From the NCBI GenBank assembly GCA_965206955.1, contig OZ242252.1, forward strand, positions 3,187,394 through 3,251,393: a DNA stretch of 64,000 bases. Reading direction: 5' to 3'. Below, piece after piece: positions 35,505 to 45,702 of this stretch. The notes under the pieces are model-generated. The model was given only the letters and a program-made list of their open reading frames with translations, ran no database searches and was not told the DNA's origin. The position numbers and the translations under genes are program-made. Source of the DNA: Candidatus Foliamicus sp. (GTDB lineage Bacteria > Pseudomonadota > Gammaproteobacteria > Steroidobacterales > Foliamicaceae). The first letter of the stretch is position 1; every line of letters begins with the position of its first letter.

Positions 35505-36526
35505 TGCACTGTGCCCATGCGGTGCGGTTCGGCCAAAGCGAACGCAAGCCGCTGAAGTTCTGTCCACGGCTCTCCGGTCCGCGCCCCCTTGATGACCTGG
35601 TCCGCGCGCGCCGAACGATTGATGAGTCCGGCGATGGACCGGGCGCCATGGCGTTTCAAGGCAGCGCGAAACTCCGCTTTCCGGCTGGACCAGATGGCCA
35701 GCGAACCCATCGCCGACGGCAGGCTGTCGCCTCGGGCGGTGCGCCAGTAAAGGTCGGCCAGGGTCGTAATATCGCGAACCAATACCCAGAGAATGAGGGT
35801 CAGCGGCGCTGCCTCGCGTTGCAGTCCGGAAAGAATACGCGCCGTTCGCCGCAAATCCTGACCCAGGGCGGCGGACCCCAGTTGAAACACGTCAAACCGG
35901 CTGGCGTCGGATATCGCCTTCACTACCGCCTCTACCGGGAGCGGACCGGGGTCATGGGTCAAAGCCAGCTTGTCGATCTGCTGGCGCGCCGACAGGAGAT
36001 TGCCCTCGGTGCGCTCAGCCAGCAGCAGTACGGCGGAATCCTCCGGTTCAAAGCCTTCATCGGCCAGACGATCGCGGATCCAGGACCGTTGCTGGGCGGC
36101 GGACAAAAGCGGAGCGTCAATCCATATGCCTGCATTCTCAAGCGCCGTCACCCAGGCGCTTTTTCTGGCGTTGCGATCGAGCGCCGGGGCAATCACCATG
36201 ATCAGAGTGTCCTCCGGTGGCGCGGCGGACAATTCCCTGAGCACTTTCGCGCCTGCGGTCCCCGGCTTGCCGGTGACCATGCGCACTTCAACCATGCGCC
36301 GACTGGCGAACAGCGAGCGGCTGCAGGCATCCGCATGAAGCTCGCTCCAATTGAAGCGCGCATCGGCCACGTGCAGCGCGCGTTCCGAAAAATCGGCCTC
36401 GCGGGCAGCCGCCCGGACACGGTCCACCGCCTCGTCCAGCAACAGCAGCTCCGCTCCCGACACCAGGTACACGGGCGCCAACCCCTTCTTGAGGGCAGCC
36501 GGCAGTTCCTGGCAGGTCAATCGCAC
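35501..36526 (-). CDS. holA: DNA polymerase III subunit delta
   Basis: 341 aa. LAPVYLVSGAELLLLDEA... is a typical HolA N-terminus. Synteny with nadD and rsfS. Confidence 0.85.
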   Translation of the reverse strand: MRLTCQELPAALKKGLAPVYLVSGAELLLLDEAVDRVRAAAREADFSERALHVADARFNWSELHADACSRSLFASRRMVEVRMVTGKPGTAGAKVLRELSAAPPEDTLIMVIAPALDRNARKSAWVTALENAGIWIDAPLLSAAQQRSWIRDRLADEGFEPEDSAVLLLAERTEGNLLSARQQIDKLALTHDPGPLPVEAVVKAISDASRFDVFQLGSAALGQDLRRTARILSGLQREAAPLTLILWVLVRDITTLADLYWRTARGDSLPSAMGSLAIWSSRKAEFRAALKRHGARSIAGLINRSARADQVIKGARTGEPWTELQRLAFALAEPHRMGTVH

Positions 36527-36541
36527 GCGCGGCGCAAGGCC

Positions 36542-36802
36542 TTAAGGCTGACCCAACTGCAGGGCTTCTTCGACCAAAAGCACCGGAATCCCTTCGTGAA
36601 TCGGATACAGCCAACGGCCGCAGGCGGAAACCAGCGCGCCCTCCATCGAACGCTCCATCTTGCGGCCCGCGGCGTTCTTCAGCTTGCCGTCAAGCATCGA
36701 TTGGTTGAGCGCTGCCAGTTCCCGGCCGTCTGCGAGCCTTAGTTCGCCGCCGGTTCGAGGACAACGCAGCATCGAAAGGAACGACTCGTCCAAGTCCGCC
36801 AC
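36542..36802 (-). CDS. Trm112-family (UPF0434/YcaR-like) small protein
   Basis: LSMLRCPRTGGEL...YPIHEGIPVLLVEEA. Confidence 0.7.
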   Translation of the reverse strand: MADLDESFLSMLRCPRTGGELRLADGRELAALNQSMLDGKLKNAAGRKMERSMEGALVSACGRWLYPIHEGIPVLLVEEALQLGQP

Positions 36803-36807
36803 CCCGA

Positions 36808-37053
36808 CTAAGGCCGATCAATGCCGGCGCCGGAAGGCGGCACAGGATCCCAACCGGAGGGCCCCAGGGGATGACAGCGCACCAGGCGGCGCACGGCCAT
36901 CCCGAACCCGCGTATCGGTCCGTGAATCTCTATGGCTTCCCTTGCGTATTGCGAACAGGTCGGCTGGAAACGGCAGCGCGGACCCAAAAATGGGGATACG
37001 CAAAGCTGATACGCGCGGATCAGCGCGATAGCGATGACTTTCACCCAAGACAT
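36808..37053 (-). CDS. yidD: Membrane protein insertion efficiency factor YidD
   Basis: [35 protein letters not shown]...RLVRCHPL. Confidence 0.9.
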   Translation of the reverse strand: MSWVKVIAIALIRAYQLCVSPFLGPRCRFQPTCSQYAREAIEIHGPIRGFGMAVRRLVRCHPLGPSGWDPVPPSGAGIDRP

Positions 37054-37478
37054 TTTACGGCCAGCTGCCGAATTTCATGAACCATGGAATGAAGTCCGTT
37101 GCTGCGGGTGGGGCTCAAGTGCCGGTCCAGTCCGGCGCCGGCAATAAAGTCCGGCGGAGTCTCAAGGATTTCCTCCGGCGAACGCCCGCTGTAGACGCGC
37201 ATCAGCATGGCGGCCAGGCCGGATACGATGGCCGAGTCGCTGGCCGCGCGGAAAATCAATCGTCCGTCCTCCTGCCAGGACTTCAGCCATACCTGGGACT
37301 GGCAGCCGCGCAGGCGGTTTTTCTCGATGCGCCATTCATCGGCAAATTCCGGCGCGCTGCGGCCCAGTTCGATGATGTGCTGATAGCGCTCCATCCAGCT
37401 GTCGAAAAAGCCCAGCTCTTCGAGCAACTCTTCTTGAGCGTCCCGCAAGCTGCCGGGGGACGTCAGTTGCGTGTTCAC
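37041..37478 (-). CDS. sufE: SufE-family cysteine desulfuration protein
   Basis: [11 protein letters not shown] (conserved Cys) and ...[13 protein letters not shown]...LSPTRSNGL. Confidence 0.8.
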   Translation of the reverse strand: MNTQLTSPGSLRDAQEELLEELGFFDSWMERYQHIIELGRSAPEFADEWRIEKNRLRGCQSQVWLKSWQEDGRLIFRAASDSAIVSGLAAMLMRVYSGRSPEEILETPPDFIAGAGLDRHLSPTRSNGLHSMVHEIRQLAVKCLG

Positions 37479-37945
37479 AATCGGGTGGGGTTTTCCTGCC
37501 CTGCGTACACCTGCTCCGGATCGAACACTTTGTCGCTCTCGGTGAATTCCAGTTCAACGGGGCCATCGCCCGAATCGAGCGGAACACGGCGATAGAAGCA
37601 GGACCGGTAGCCCACGTGGCAGCTTGCGCCGCCTGTCAGTTCAACCCGCAGCCACACGCAGTCCTGGTCGTCGTCGATCAGCAATTCGCGAACCCGTTGC
37701 TTCAGGCCGCTGGTCTCTCCCTTGCGCCAGAGTTTTCCCCGGCTGCGGCTGAAGTAGTGTGCTTCGCCGCTTTCGATGGTCAGCCTGAGCGCCTCCCTGT
37801 TCATGTAAGCGTGCATCAGCAGTTCGCCGCTGGAGTGATCGGTGACCACCGCCGGGATCAGGCCGTTTTCATCGAACTTCGGTGCAAGCTCCGAGCCCTC
37901 TTCCACCTGGGGCACGGACCGCCGGGATGCAAACAATTCGCTCAT
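37475..37945 (-). CDS. hisI: Phosphoribosyl-AMP cyclohydrolase
   Basis: GLIPAVVTD...[12 protein letters not shown]...[17 protein letters not shown]...DCD-type...[10 protein letters not shown]. Confidence 0.85.
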   Translation of the reverse strand: MSELFASRRSVPQVEEGSELAPKFDENGLIPAVVTDHSSGELLMHAYMNREALRLTIESGEAHYFSRSRGKLWRKGETSGLKQRVRELLIDDDQDCVWLRVELTGGASCHVGYRSCFYRRVPLDSGDGPVELEFTESDKVFDPEQVYAGQENPTRL

Positions 37946-37952
37946 GGGCCAA

Positions 37953-39380
37953 TCATAGCGCCGTCCGGCGCCAGGTCGTGCCCTCGGGCCCGTCTTCCAG
38001 GATCACGCCTCGATCCTTCAATTCATCGCGAATGCGGTCGGCGGCGGCGTAGTCGCCCTGGTCCCTCGCCCGCGCGCGCGCCGTCAGACGTTTTTCGATC
38101 TCCGCGGCCGGCAGCGGCCCAAGCGAAGCCTCGCCATGCGCCTTGAAATCCAAGCCGGCGTGTAGCGTTACGCTGGTGTCGACGGTAAACCACTTGGTGG
38201 GATCCTCCTGAAGAAGTCCCAGAAGACGCCCGCCCGCTCGTAGCGAGGCCGCTTCAGCAGCCGGATCCGCTGCGCCGGAGCGGAGCTTGCGGGCTTGTGC
38301 GGCGAGCACGCCCAAGGCGGCCGGTGTGTTGAGGTCATCCTCCAAGGCCCGGACCAACTCCGGAGAAGGCTCGCCGATAGTCCCACTGCCAATATTTACG
38401 CCCTGTTTCTCGCAGTCCAGCAATACGCGGTACATGCGATCCAGCCGGCTGCGGCTGGACGCGATCAATTCGTCGCTCCATTCGAGCGGATCGCGGTAGC
38501 GGGCGCTCAACAGGGCGAGGCGCAATACCTCACCCGGGATTCGCTCCAGCAATTCGCGGATCGTCAGAATGTTGCCGCGCGACTTGGCCATCTTGGACTT
38601 GGCCACGCGGATCATCCCGTTATGCACCCAGTAGCGGGCCAGGGGCGCTCCATGCGCACAGCGGCTCTGGGCGATTTCGTTTTCGTGGTGCGGAAAAATC
38701 AGGTCCTGTCCGCCGCCATGAATGTCGATCGTGGCGCCCAAGTGCTCACGCGCCATGGCCGAGCACTCCAGGTGCCAGCCCGGGCGCCCTCGCCCCCAGG
38801 GGCTGTCCCACCCGGGCAACTCGGCAGACGAAGGTTTCCACAGGACAAAATCGGCCGGATCCTCCTTGTAGGGGGCGACCTCCACGCGGGCGCCGGCTAT
38901 CTGGCCGTCGCGATCACGGCCGGACAACTTGCCGTACTCCGCATAGGCGTTCACCCGGAAAAGAACGTGTTCCTCCGCCTCGTAGGCGTGGCCGGAATCC
39001 AGCAAGCGCTGAATCAGGCTGACCATGTGGGGAATGTGCTCGGTGGCGCGCGGCTGACGATCGGGCGCCAGCACCCCAAGCGCCTCGATGTCTTCCTGCC
39101 AAACCTGCAACCAGCGCCGGGTGATGGTTGCGATTTCCACGCCTTGCTCGGCGGCGGCCCGATTGATCTTGTCGTCCAGGTCGGTGATGTTGCTGGCGTA
39201 GAGCAAGTTGTAGCGCCGCCGCAGCAGCCGAGCCAGGACATCGAAGACCACGGCGGGACGCGCGTTGCCGATGTGGGCGGGACCGTAGACCGTCGGACCG
39301 CACACGTACATGGTTACCCGCGCCGGATCACCGGGAACAAAGGGCTGCCGTTCGCCCCCAAGCGTGTTGTAGAGGTACAT
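37953..39380 (-). CDS. cysS: Cysteine--tRNA ligase
   Basis: HIGNARP (HIGH) and KMAKSRGN (KMSKS). 475 aa. Confidence 0.95.
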   Translation of the reverse strand: MYLYNTLGGERQPFVPGDPARVTMYVCGPTVYGPAHIGNARPAVVFDVLARLLRRRYNLLYASNITDLDDKINRAAAEQGVEIATITRRWLQVWQEDIEALGVLAPDRQPRATEHIPHMVSLIQRLLDSGHAYEAEEHVLFRVNAYAEYGKLSGRDRDGQIAGARVEVAPYKEDPADFVLWKPSSAELPGWDSPWGRGRPGWHLECSAMAREHLGATIDIHGGGQDLIFPHHENEIAQSRCAHGAPLARYWVHNGMIRVAKSKMAKSRGNILTIRELLERIPGEVLRLALLSARYRDPLEWSDELIASSRSRLDRMYRVLLDCEKQGVNIGSGTIGEPSPELVRALEDDLNTPAALGVLAAQARKLRSGAADPAAEAASLRAGGRLLGLLQEDPTKWFTVDTSVTLHAGLDFKAHGEASLGPLPAAEIEKRLTARARARDQGDYAAADRIRDELKDRGVILEDGPEGTTWRRTAL

Positions 39381-39895
39381 CAGGGCTGCGCCGGTGGCGC
39401 GGCCGCAGGAAGTGCGGACAGGTCGCGGAGTATCTGCCAGGCCAGTTCCTCGGCCAGAGCTTCGCGCAAGACCTCGGTTTCGCGTTCCATCCCCAGCACC
39501 CGGAATTCGTCCTGTGCGCGGGTGTGATCCACTTCCCGCTCACGCGCCACTATCGGTTGCTGCTCGCCCAGGCGCAGCGAGTACCTCACGCGGTAGCTGA
39601 TTTCGGTAACGGTGGGCAAATTGTTGGCCGATATCGCCACCAGGCTCTCCTCGCTCTGATCCTCCAGCAGGCGCAGAATCGCCACCCCTTCCCCGGGGCC
39701 GTCGCGCATTTCGACGCCTGCCAGACGCAATTGCTCCTTGAGGGCGCGCCATAGCGGCGTCGCCCCGTGGGCGCTCTGCAGCCATATCCCACCGCTGAGC
39801 GCCGGGAAGGTGAGCGAACCCTGAAACTGATAACCACAGGCAGCCAGAGCCATGGCGAATACGCAAACCCAGGCTATGCGCCTTGTGTGGAACAT
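39380..39895 (-). CDS. lptE: LPS assembly lipoprotein LptE
   Basis: From the ATG at 39895: MFHTRRIAWVCVFAMALAACGYQFQG (lipobox). 171 aa, located downstream of leuS. The 413-aa track ORF is over-extended through REP copies. Confidence 0.8.
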   Translation of the reverse strand: MFHTRRIAWVCVFAMALAACGYQFQGSLTFPALSGGIWLQSAHGATPLWRALKEQLRLAGVEMRDGPGEGVAILRLLEDQSEESLVAISANNLPTVTEISYRVRYSLRLGEQQPIVAREREVDHTRAQDEFRVLGMERETEVLREALAEELAWQILRDLSALPAAAPPAQP

Positions 39896-39921
39896 GCTGG
39901 AGCGAGGGGGGGAAGGTTTTG

Positions 39922-40028
39922 TCGAGGGCAAGCTGCGCTCGTTCCCAGGCAGGATGCCCTCGCTTGCATGGAACAACCTGGGAACGAGGGCAGCTTGCCC
40001 TCGCCGAGGGCTGGAAGCCCTCGTTCCC
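39922..40028. repeat. REP-like elements (family copy 8, two units)
   Basis: tcgagggcaagctgcgctcgttcccagg ... gggaacgagggcagcttgccctcgccgagggctggaagccctcgttccc. Confidence 0.85.
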
Positions 40029-40116
40029 AAGCGTGTTCCCTGCGCGTCAGCGCAACGGCGCCTGCTGCGAAAACTCCCAGGGGGGCGGTTCAAGGCGGGT
40101 GATGGAGGCAGGGTAG

Positions 40117-42723
40117 TCACACCACGAAATTGACCACGCGGCCCGGCACATACACTTCCCGGCGCACCGCGGTTTCGGCCAGGTGGGCGGCCACGCGCTC
40201 GTTCTCTCGAGCGGCGGCCAGCACGTCCTGGCGCTCGGCCCCCGCGGCCACCCGAATGCTGGCGCGCAGCTTGCCGTTGATCTGCACGGCGATCTCCACA
40301 GTCTCTTCCATGAGCCATTCGTCCAAAGCCTCGGGCCAGCAAGCGCAGGCCAGCGACTCTCCATGGCCCAGGCGTTCCCAGAGCTCCTCGGCCAAATGCG
40401 GAGCAAACGGACTGACCAGGAGCACCAGGGGCTCGGCAACGGCGCGCGGCAAGTCCCGCCAGCGCGCAGCAGCATTGACGAATTCCATCAGTGCGGCGAT
40501 AGCCGTGTTCAAACGCAGCGTTTCTATGTCGTCGGTAACCTTTGCGATGGTGCGATGCAGAAGCCGCATCTGGTCCGCATTTGGCTGAACGTCGACTACG
40601 CCGCGTCCGAGCAGGCTCCAAAACCGGTTAAGAAAGCGATGCGGGCCTTCGACTCCGCGGGTGCTCCAGGGTTTGGACTTTTCGAGCGGGCCCATGAACA
40701 TTTCGTACAGACGGAATGCGTCGGCGCCGCAATGACCAAGGACCTCCTCGGGATTCACCACATTGCCGCGCGATTTCGACATCTTGTGGGCGCGCGATTC
40801 CAGGACTACCGACGGGTCCGAAGCCAGGACAAAATTCTCGCCGCTCTTTTTCACCCTGTCCTCGCTCACGGCCACGGACTGCAAATCCTCTCCACTGTCC
40901 TTCTCGACATAGGCAGCGGGCTGAGAACCGCTCACGCGGCGGGCCCGAGCCGCTGAGATCAGGGTTCCATTGCCGTCCTTGTAGGCCGCGAATTCGCGCT
41001 CTCCCAGGATCACGCCCTGATGCACGACTTTGCGGAACGGCTCGTCCCCGGACACCAGGCCCGCGTCGTACAGGACCTTGTGCCAGAACCGTGCGTACAG
41101 GAGATGCAACACGGCGTGTTCGGCGCCGCCGATGTACAGGTCCACGGGCATCCAGTAGCGCTCCAGCTCCGGATCCACCAGGCGGCCCGGGTTCTTGGGA
41201 TCAATGAAGCGCAGGTAATACCAGCACGACCCGGCCCACTGCGGCATGGTATTGGTCTCACGCCGCGCCGGCAGGCCGCTTGCCGGGTCGCGAGTGTCCA
41301 ACCAGTCCGTGGCCTTGGCCAGCGGCCCTTCGGGTGAACCGCTCGGGCGAAAGTCCTCCAACTCCGGCAAAGTCAGCGGCAGATCGGCCTCCGGCAGGGG
41401 CCGCGCCACGCCATCCACGAATACCACCGGGAACGGCTCTCCCCAGTAGCGCTGGCGGCTGAACAGCCAATCGCGCAGGCGGTAAGCGATTCTCGCTCGT
41501 CCCCGGCCGCGGCGCTCAAGCCAATCCACCGCTGCCTGCTTGGCCGGCTCCCTGTGCATTCCGTTCAGGAAATCGCTATTGATCACTTCACCTTCGCCGG
41601 TCCAGGCTGCATCCTCGTGGCCTTCGGGCGGCTGGATGGTGCGGACCACATCAAGCCCATGCTCGTGAGCGAATTCCCAGTCACGCTGATCTTCTCCCGG
41701 AACCCCCATGATTGCGCCGGTGCCATAACCCATCAATACGTAGTCGGCCACCCACACGGGGACCTCCTTGCCCGTAGCGGGATGCCGGGCCCGCGCTCCG
41801 GTGTCCACGCCGCTGCGATCATGCGCGTCGGCAACGCGCTTGAGCTGGGTCTTGCGCGCCGCTTCCCGGCAATAGGCGCGAACCGCGTCAAGGCGTGGTG
41901 GCGTGGCGAGCTTCTCAGTCAGCGGATGCTCCGGCGACAGGGCGAGGAAAGTGGCCCCGAACAGCGTATCGGGTCGAGTACTGAACACCTGCACGGTCTC
42001 CTCGCGCCCGATCAGCGGGAAGTCGATCTCTGCGCCCACCGAACGGCCGATCCAGTTGCGTTGCATCTCCAGCGTGGATTCCGGCCAGTCCAAGTCCTCA
42101 AGACCATCCAGCAGGCGTTCGGCGTAGTCGGTAATCTTCAGCATCCACTGGCGCAGTGGACGCCGCTCGCAGGCGAAGCCGCCCACTTCCGAACGGCCTT
42201 CCACAACTTCCTCGTTGGCCAGCGTGGTGCCCAGCTCCGGGCACCACCAGACCGGCTGTTCTGCCTGGTAGGCCAGGCCACGCTCGTGCAGTTTCAGAAA
42301 GATCCACTGCGTCCAACGGTAGTAGTCGGGGTCGGCGGTACTGATCTCGCGCGACCAGTCGTAGGAAAAACCCAGAGACTTGAGTTGCTTGCGAAATCGA
42401 TCGATGTTGCGGGCGGTGGTCACCCTCGGATGAGTGTTGGTGCGCACCGCATATTGCTCCGCCGGCAGCCCGAAGGCGTCCCAACCGATCGGGTGCAGCA
42501 CGTTGTAGCCGCGCATGCGTTTGTAGCGGGCCACGATATCGGTCGCGGTGTAGCCCTCCGGGTGGCCCACGTGCAAGCCTGCGCCGCTGGGGTACGGAAA
42601 CATGTCCAGGATGTACGCCTTCGGCCGCGAATGATCGGGTTTCAGAGGCGTCCTGAAGGTTCCGTCACGTTCCCAGCGCGCTTGCCACTTGGCGTCAATC
42701 CCGGCAAACGGATACGAACTCAT
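40117..42723 (-). CDS. leuS: Leucine--tRNA ligase
   Basis: From the ATG at 42723: MSSYPFAGIDAKWQARW...FPYPSGAGLHVGH (HIGH), KMSKSRGN. 868 aa. Confidence 0.95.
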   Translation of the reverse strand: MSSYPFAGIDAKWQARWERDGTFRTPLKPDHSRPKAYILDMFPYPSGAGLHVGHPEGYTATDIVARYKRMRGYNVLHPIGWDAFGLPAEQYAVRTNTHPRVTTARNIDRFRKQLKSLGFSYDWSREISTADPDYYRWTQWIFLKLHERGLAYQAEQPVWWCPELGTTLANEEVVEGRSEVGGFACERRPLRQWMLKITDYAERLLDGLEDLDWPESTLEMQRNWIGRSVGAEIDFPLIGREETVQVFSTRPDTLFGATFLALSPEHPLTEKLATPPRLDAVRAYCREAARKTQLKRVADAHDRSGVDTGARARHPATGKEVPVWVADYVLMGYGTGAIMGVPGEDQRDWEFAHEHGLDVVRTIQPPEGHEDAAWTGEGEVINSDFLNGMHREPAKQAAVDWLERRGRGRARIAYRLRDWLFSRQRYWGEPFPVVFVDGVARPLPEADLPLTLPELEDFRPSGSPEGPLAKATDWLDTRDPASGLPARRETNTMPQWAGSCWYYLRFIDPKNPGRLVDPELERYWMPVDLYIGGAEHAVLHLLYARFWHKVLYDAGLVSGDEPFRKVVHQGVILGEREFAAYKDGNGTLISAARARRVSGSQPAAYVEKDSGEDLQSVAVSEDRVKKSGENFVLASDPSVVLESRAHKMSKSRGNVVNPEEVLGHCGADAFRLYEMFMGPLEKSKPWSTRGVEGPHRFLNRFWSLLGRGVVDVQPNADQMRLLHRTIAKVTDDIETLRLNTAIAALMEFVNAAARWRDLPRAVAEPLVLLVSPFAPHLAEELWERLGHGESLACACWPEALDEWLMEETVEIAVQINGKLRASIRVAAGAERQDVLAAARENERVAAHLAETAVRREVYVPGRVVNFVV

Positions 42724-42794
42724 AGGTGCAAATTGTACGGGCGCGCCAACCCTGCCGGGAGTACTCGCCGCGCGTACCGCTGCGCTGACGCGCA

Positions 42795-42930
42795 GGGAAC
42801 AAGCTGGGAACAAGCTGGGAACGAGGGCATCCTGCCCTCGGCGAGGGCTGGAAGCCCTCGTTCCCAGGGTTGTTCCATGCAAGCGAGGGCATTTTGCCCT
42901 CGTCGAGGGCTGGACGTTCTCGTTCCCAGG
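42795..42930. repeat. REP-like elements (family copy 9, two units plus short gggaacaagct duplication)
   Basis: gggaacgagggcatcctgccctcggcgagggctggaagccctcgttccc ... cgagggcattttgccctcgtcgagggctggacgttctcgttccc. Confidence 0.85.
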
Positions 42931-42946
42931 TTTATTTCGCGGGCCG

Positions 42947-43738
42947 CTAGCGTGCAATTGCGGCCCAGGTGGCGCTAGGGCCTTGGGCAATGGCGCGCCG
43001 CCCAAGCGCGAGCGCCCAGTCGGAGTGGCGGCCGTATTGCGCGCGCCAGCGCCATAGCGGGCGGCTGAAGTATTGCAGCCCGAACTCTTCGGTGAAACCG
43101 ATCGCGCCGTGCACGCCGTGGGCAATCAGCGTTACCGGGTGAACCAGCTCCGAACAGCGGCACTTGGCGACAGCCACCGCCAACCAGGCGGGGGCCTCCT
43201 CCGAAGCGGGCATTCCATACCGCTGCACCGCTGCAAAGGCCTGCTGTGAAACGGCCTGCATACACGCCGCGTAACCCGCCAGCTCGGCAAGCTGCTGTTG
43301 CACAGCCTGGAACTTTGCGATCGGGCGCCCGAACTGCTCGCGTTCTCCGCTGTACCTGACCGAACGCTCCACCAGCACCTGCGCCGCACCCGCCATTTGA
43401 GCGGAGCGGAGCAAGGCCCCGGCCAATAGCGGCAACGGTCTTGCGCCATCAGCCGCGGCCGCGGCACTTTCGCCCAGGCCCCGCCACATCATGATCTCAG
43501 GCAAGGCGCCGGGCGCCGCGTAGCGTCCGCACGCCTCGGCAATTACGAACGCGTCCAGCCAGCTGCCTCCGTAGCCGCCCTCGTCCTGGGCAACGAGCGC
43601 CGCATCCAGGCCGATGTCGCGCGCCAGCCCGATAAATTCGTGACCCCCGGATAGCTGCGCCTCGGCCAGATACTCCGGCGTGAGTTGCTCGGCGAACATG
43701 CGTTCCACCGTATCCACCAGTAATGAGTCGGCGCGCAT
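42947..43738 (-). CDS. Acyl-CoA dehydrogenase-like protein, short (C-terminal domain type) partner subunit
   Basis: 263 aa. RYSGEREQFGRPIAKFQAVQQQLAE and FTEEFGLQYFSRPLW are ACAD C-terminal helical-domain motifs. Start overlaps the upstream ACAD stop by 1 nt. Confidence 0.7.
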   Translation of the reverse strand: MRADSLLVDTVERMFAEQLTPEYLAEAQLSGGHEFIGLARDIGLDAALVAQDEGGYGGSWLDAFVIAEACGRYAAPGALPEIMMWRGLGESAAAAADGARPLPLLAGALLRSAQMAGAAQVLVERSVRYSGEREQFGRPIAKFQAVQQQLAELAGYAACMQAVSQQAFAAVQRYGMPASEEAPAWLAVAVAKCRCSELVHPVTLIAHGVHGAIGFTEEFGLQYFSRPLWRWRAQYGRHSDWALALGRRAIAQGPSATWAAIAR

Positions 43739-44910
43739 CAGCGCAGACCCAGCCCGCGCGCGATGATTCCGCGCAAAATCTCGCCGCTGCCGCCGCGCAG
43801 AGAAAACGAGGGCGCCAACAGTGTCATCAGGTGCAAGGCCTGCTGGTAAGGCAAAGCCGAATCCGAACTGTCCGGAGGCAAATCAACCAGTTCCTGGGCC
43901 ACCGCAGGCAGCGACTGCTCAAAGCGGGTGCCCATATCCTTGACCATAGCGGCCTGAAGCCCGGGCGATTCGCCCCGTTCGAGCATGACCGCCACCGACA
44001 GGGACATGGCGCGCAAGGCTCCGAGTTGCGCCACCAGCTTGCCGATGCCTACTTCAGCGGCAGTGTCCGCGCCTCTCTCTTTAAGCACTACCAGCAACTC
44101 ATTGAACAACGCCTGGCAGGAGAGGTAGCGCTCGGGACCGGAACGCTCCAGGGCCAGTTCTTCCATCACCTGGGCCCAGCCGTTGTTTTCCTCTCCGATC
44201 AGTGCATCTTCAGGCAGCAACGCATCTTCGAAATGCACCTCGTTGAAATGCTCGCGTCCGGCCAAGTCGCGGATCGACGCCACCTGCACACCCGGCGTGT
44301 TGCGCAAGTCCACCAGGAATTGCGACAGTCCCTCGTGCCGGCGCTGCCCTTCGCCGGTTCGGAACAGCGCGATCATGTAGTCGGCGCGATGGGCGTTGGT
44401 GGTCCAGATCTTGGTTCCGTTTACCTGCCAACCCGCGCTGACTCGGCGAGCCCGGGTCCGCAGAGACGCCAGGTCCGAGCCCGAATCGGGCTCGCTCATG
44501 CCGATGCAAAAACACAGTTCGCCACGGCAGATTCTCGGCAGAATGTTCTGCTTTTGTTTCTCGCTGCCGTAACGCAGAATCAGCGGCCCGCTCTGCCGGT
44601 CGGCAAACCAGTGCAGGCCGGTAGGCGCGCCGGCCGCCAGGCATTCCTCCAGCACCACGAAACGCTCAAGCTGCGAACGGCCGGTGCCGCCGTACTCCGC
44701 CGGGAAACTCATTCCGATAAATCCGGCCTGCCCCATCCGCCGGCTGAATTCCGGGTTGTACGCGTCCCAGGAAAGCGCCCTTTCACTCAACGGGACATCG
44801 CGCAATGCCCTTTTCAGGAACGCCCGCACCTCTTCCCTCAGCGCCGTAGCGCTTTCAGGCAATTCAGGGGCTGGAAAACTAACCCGCGGCAAGCAGGTGC
44901 TACTCCGCAA
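43738..44910 (-). CDS. Acyl-CoA dehydrogenase
   Basis: MSEPDSGSDLASLRT, WQVNGTKIWTT, LRGGSGEILRGIIAR. The exact start is uncertain. Confidence 0.85.
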   Translation of the reverse strand: MRSSTCLPRVSFPAPELPESATALREEVRAFLKRALRDVPLSERALSWDAYNPEFSRRMGQAGFIGMSFPAEYGGTGRSQLERFVVLEECLAAGAPTGLHWFADRQSGPLILRYGSEKQKQNILPRICRGELCFCIGMSEPDSGSDLASLRTRARRVSAGWQVNGTKIWTTNAHRADYMIALFRTGEGQRRHEGLSQFLVDLRNTPGVQVASIRDLAGREHFNEVHFEDALLPEDALIGEENNGWAQVMEELALERSGPERYLSCQALFNELLVVLKERGADTAAEVGIGKLVAQLGALRAMSLSVAVMLERGESPGLQAAMVKDMGTRFEQSLPAVAQELVDLPPDSSDSALPYQQALHLMTLLAPSFSLRGGSGEILRGIIARGLGLR

Positions 44911-44925
44911 GAATCCCGTCGCCGC

Positions 44926-45240
44926 CTACTCTTCGGGAGCGACGGTGAGCGTCAAGCCGTCCAGGTCTTGAGAGAATCGAACCTGACAGGTCAGGCGCGA
45001 ATGCTCGCGCACATACTCCAATTCGGACAGCAATTCTTCTTCCTCCGGAGAACGCGGCGGGAGCTTGTCGAACCATTCGGGATCAATATAACTGTGGCAG
45101 GTCGCGCACGAGCACATGCCGCCGCATAGCGCCTCGACTCCGTTGTCCAACTCACGCAGGCTCTCCATCACACTCACGCCGGTCTGTCCCTCGATGACCA
45201 GGGACTCGCCCTCACGATCCGTTACGTGAATTCGCGCCAT
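44926..45240 (-). CDS. 2Fe-2S ferredoxin (adrenodoxin/putidaredoxin type)
   Basis: 104 aa from the ATG at 45240. CGGMCSCATCH ... RLTCQV cysteine pattern. Confidence 0.85.
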   Translation of the reverse strand: MARIHVTDREGESLVIEGQTGVSVMESLRELDNGVEALCGGMCSCATCHSYIDPEWFDKLPPRSPEEEELLSELEYVREHSRLTCQVRFSQDLDGLTLTVAPEE

Positions 45241-45262
45241 TTCCGGTCCGCCGAGAGCAGGC

Positions 45263-45604
45263 TCAGGCCGTGCCGGCGTTGCGATCCAGCGGAGTATGAA
45301 AGTACTCGCTCTCCTCGCAATGCTGATTAACTTCCTCCAGCAGACGCGCCATGCGCTGTTCGGCGGTCGACACCGACGCGCAGGTTTCGCACAAGGGGTC
45401 GTTGCACGGCTGGCGGGAAAAAAGCCAGAAATGAACCGCGCCCGCCAGCAGGCCCGACGCCACATCCCAGGCGTCCGGTTCGTCATTGGATTCGAGCAAC
45501 TTGTTGCCGCCGTTGATAACGGCATCTATCGCTTCCTGGAAACCTTCTGGATATTCTTCATCGCCGGCGAAGTAGTTGTCCGGCTGCATCTGTTCGTGAC
45601 TCAT
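45263..45604 (-). CDS. Hypothetical acidic protein with a CNDPLCETC motif (possibly DUF3144-like)
   Basis: ORF sits with co-oriented neighbours. No family recognised with certainty. Confidence 0.45.
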   Translation of the reverse strand: MSHEQMQPDNYFAGDEEYPEGFQEAIDAVINGGNKLLESNDEPDAWDVASGLLAGAVHFWLFSRQPCNDPLCETCASVSTAEQRMARLLEEVNQHCEESEYFHTPLDRNAGTA

Positions 45605-45702
45605 ACGCCTACCCGTAAGTTAGCCCGCGCGGGCCCGTTAATGGTACCACTTAAGGACTTTCGGCCAAAGGGTTGTACAGGCCCACTTTCTTGCTTTCCA
45701 AT

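Noticed and set aside
12418-43125. N-terminally extended versions of real genes in the ORF track: aldehyde dehydrogenase to 14070, tldD to 29828, lptE to 40621, leuS to 43125, folC to 23273, the SBP to 49606, the ferredoxin to 45525 and the kinase to 15896.
   Set aside because: The extensions are Arg-rich, run through REP copies or upstream genes, and precede the point where family similarity, signal peptides or RBSs appear. Internal starts were chosen instead.
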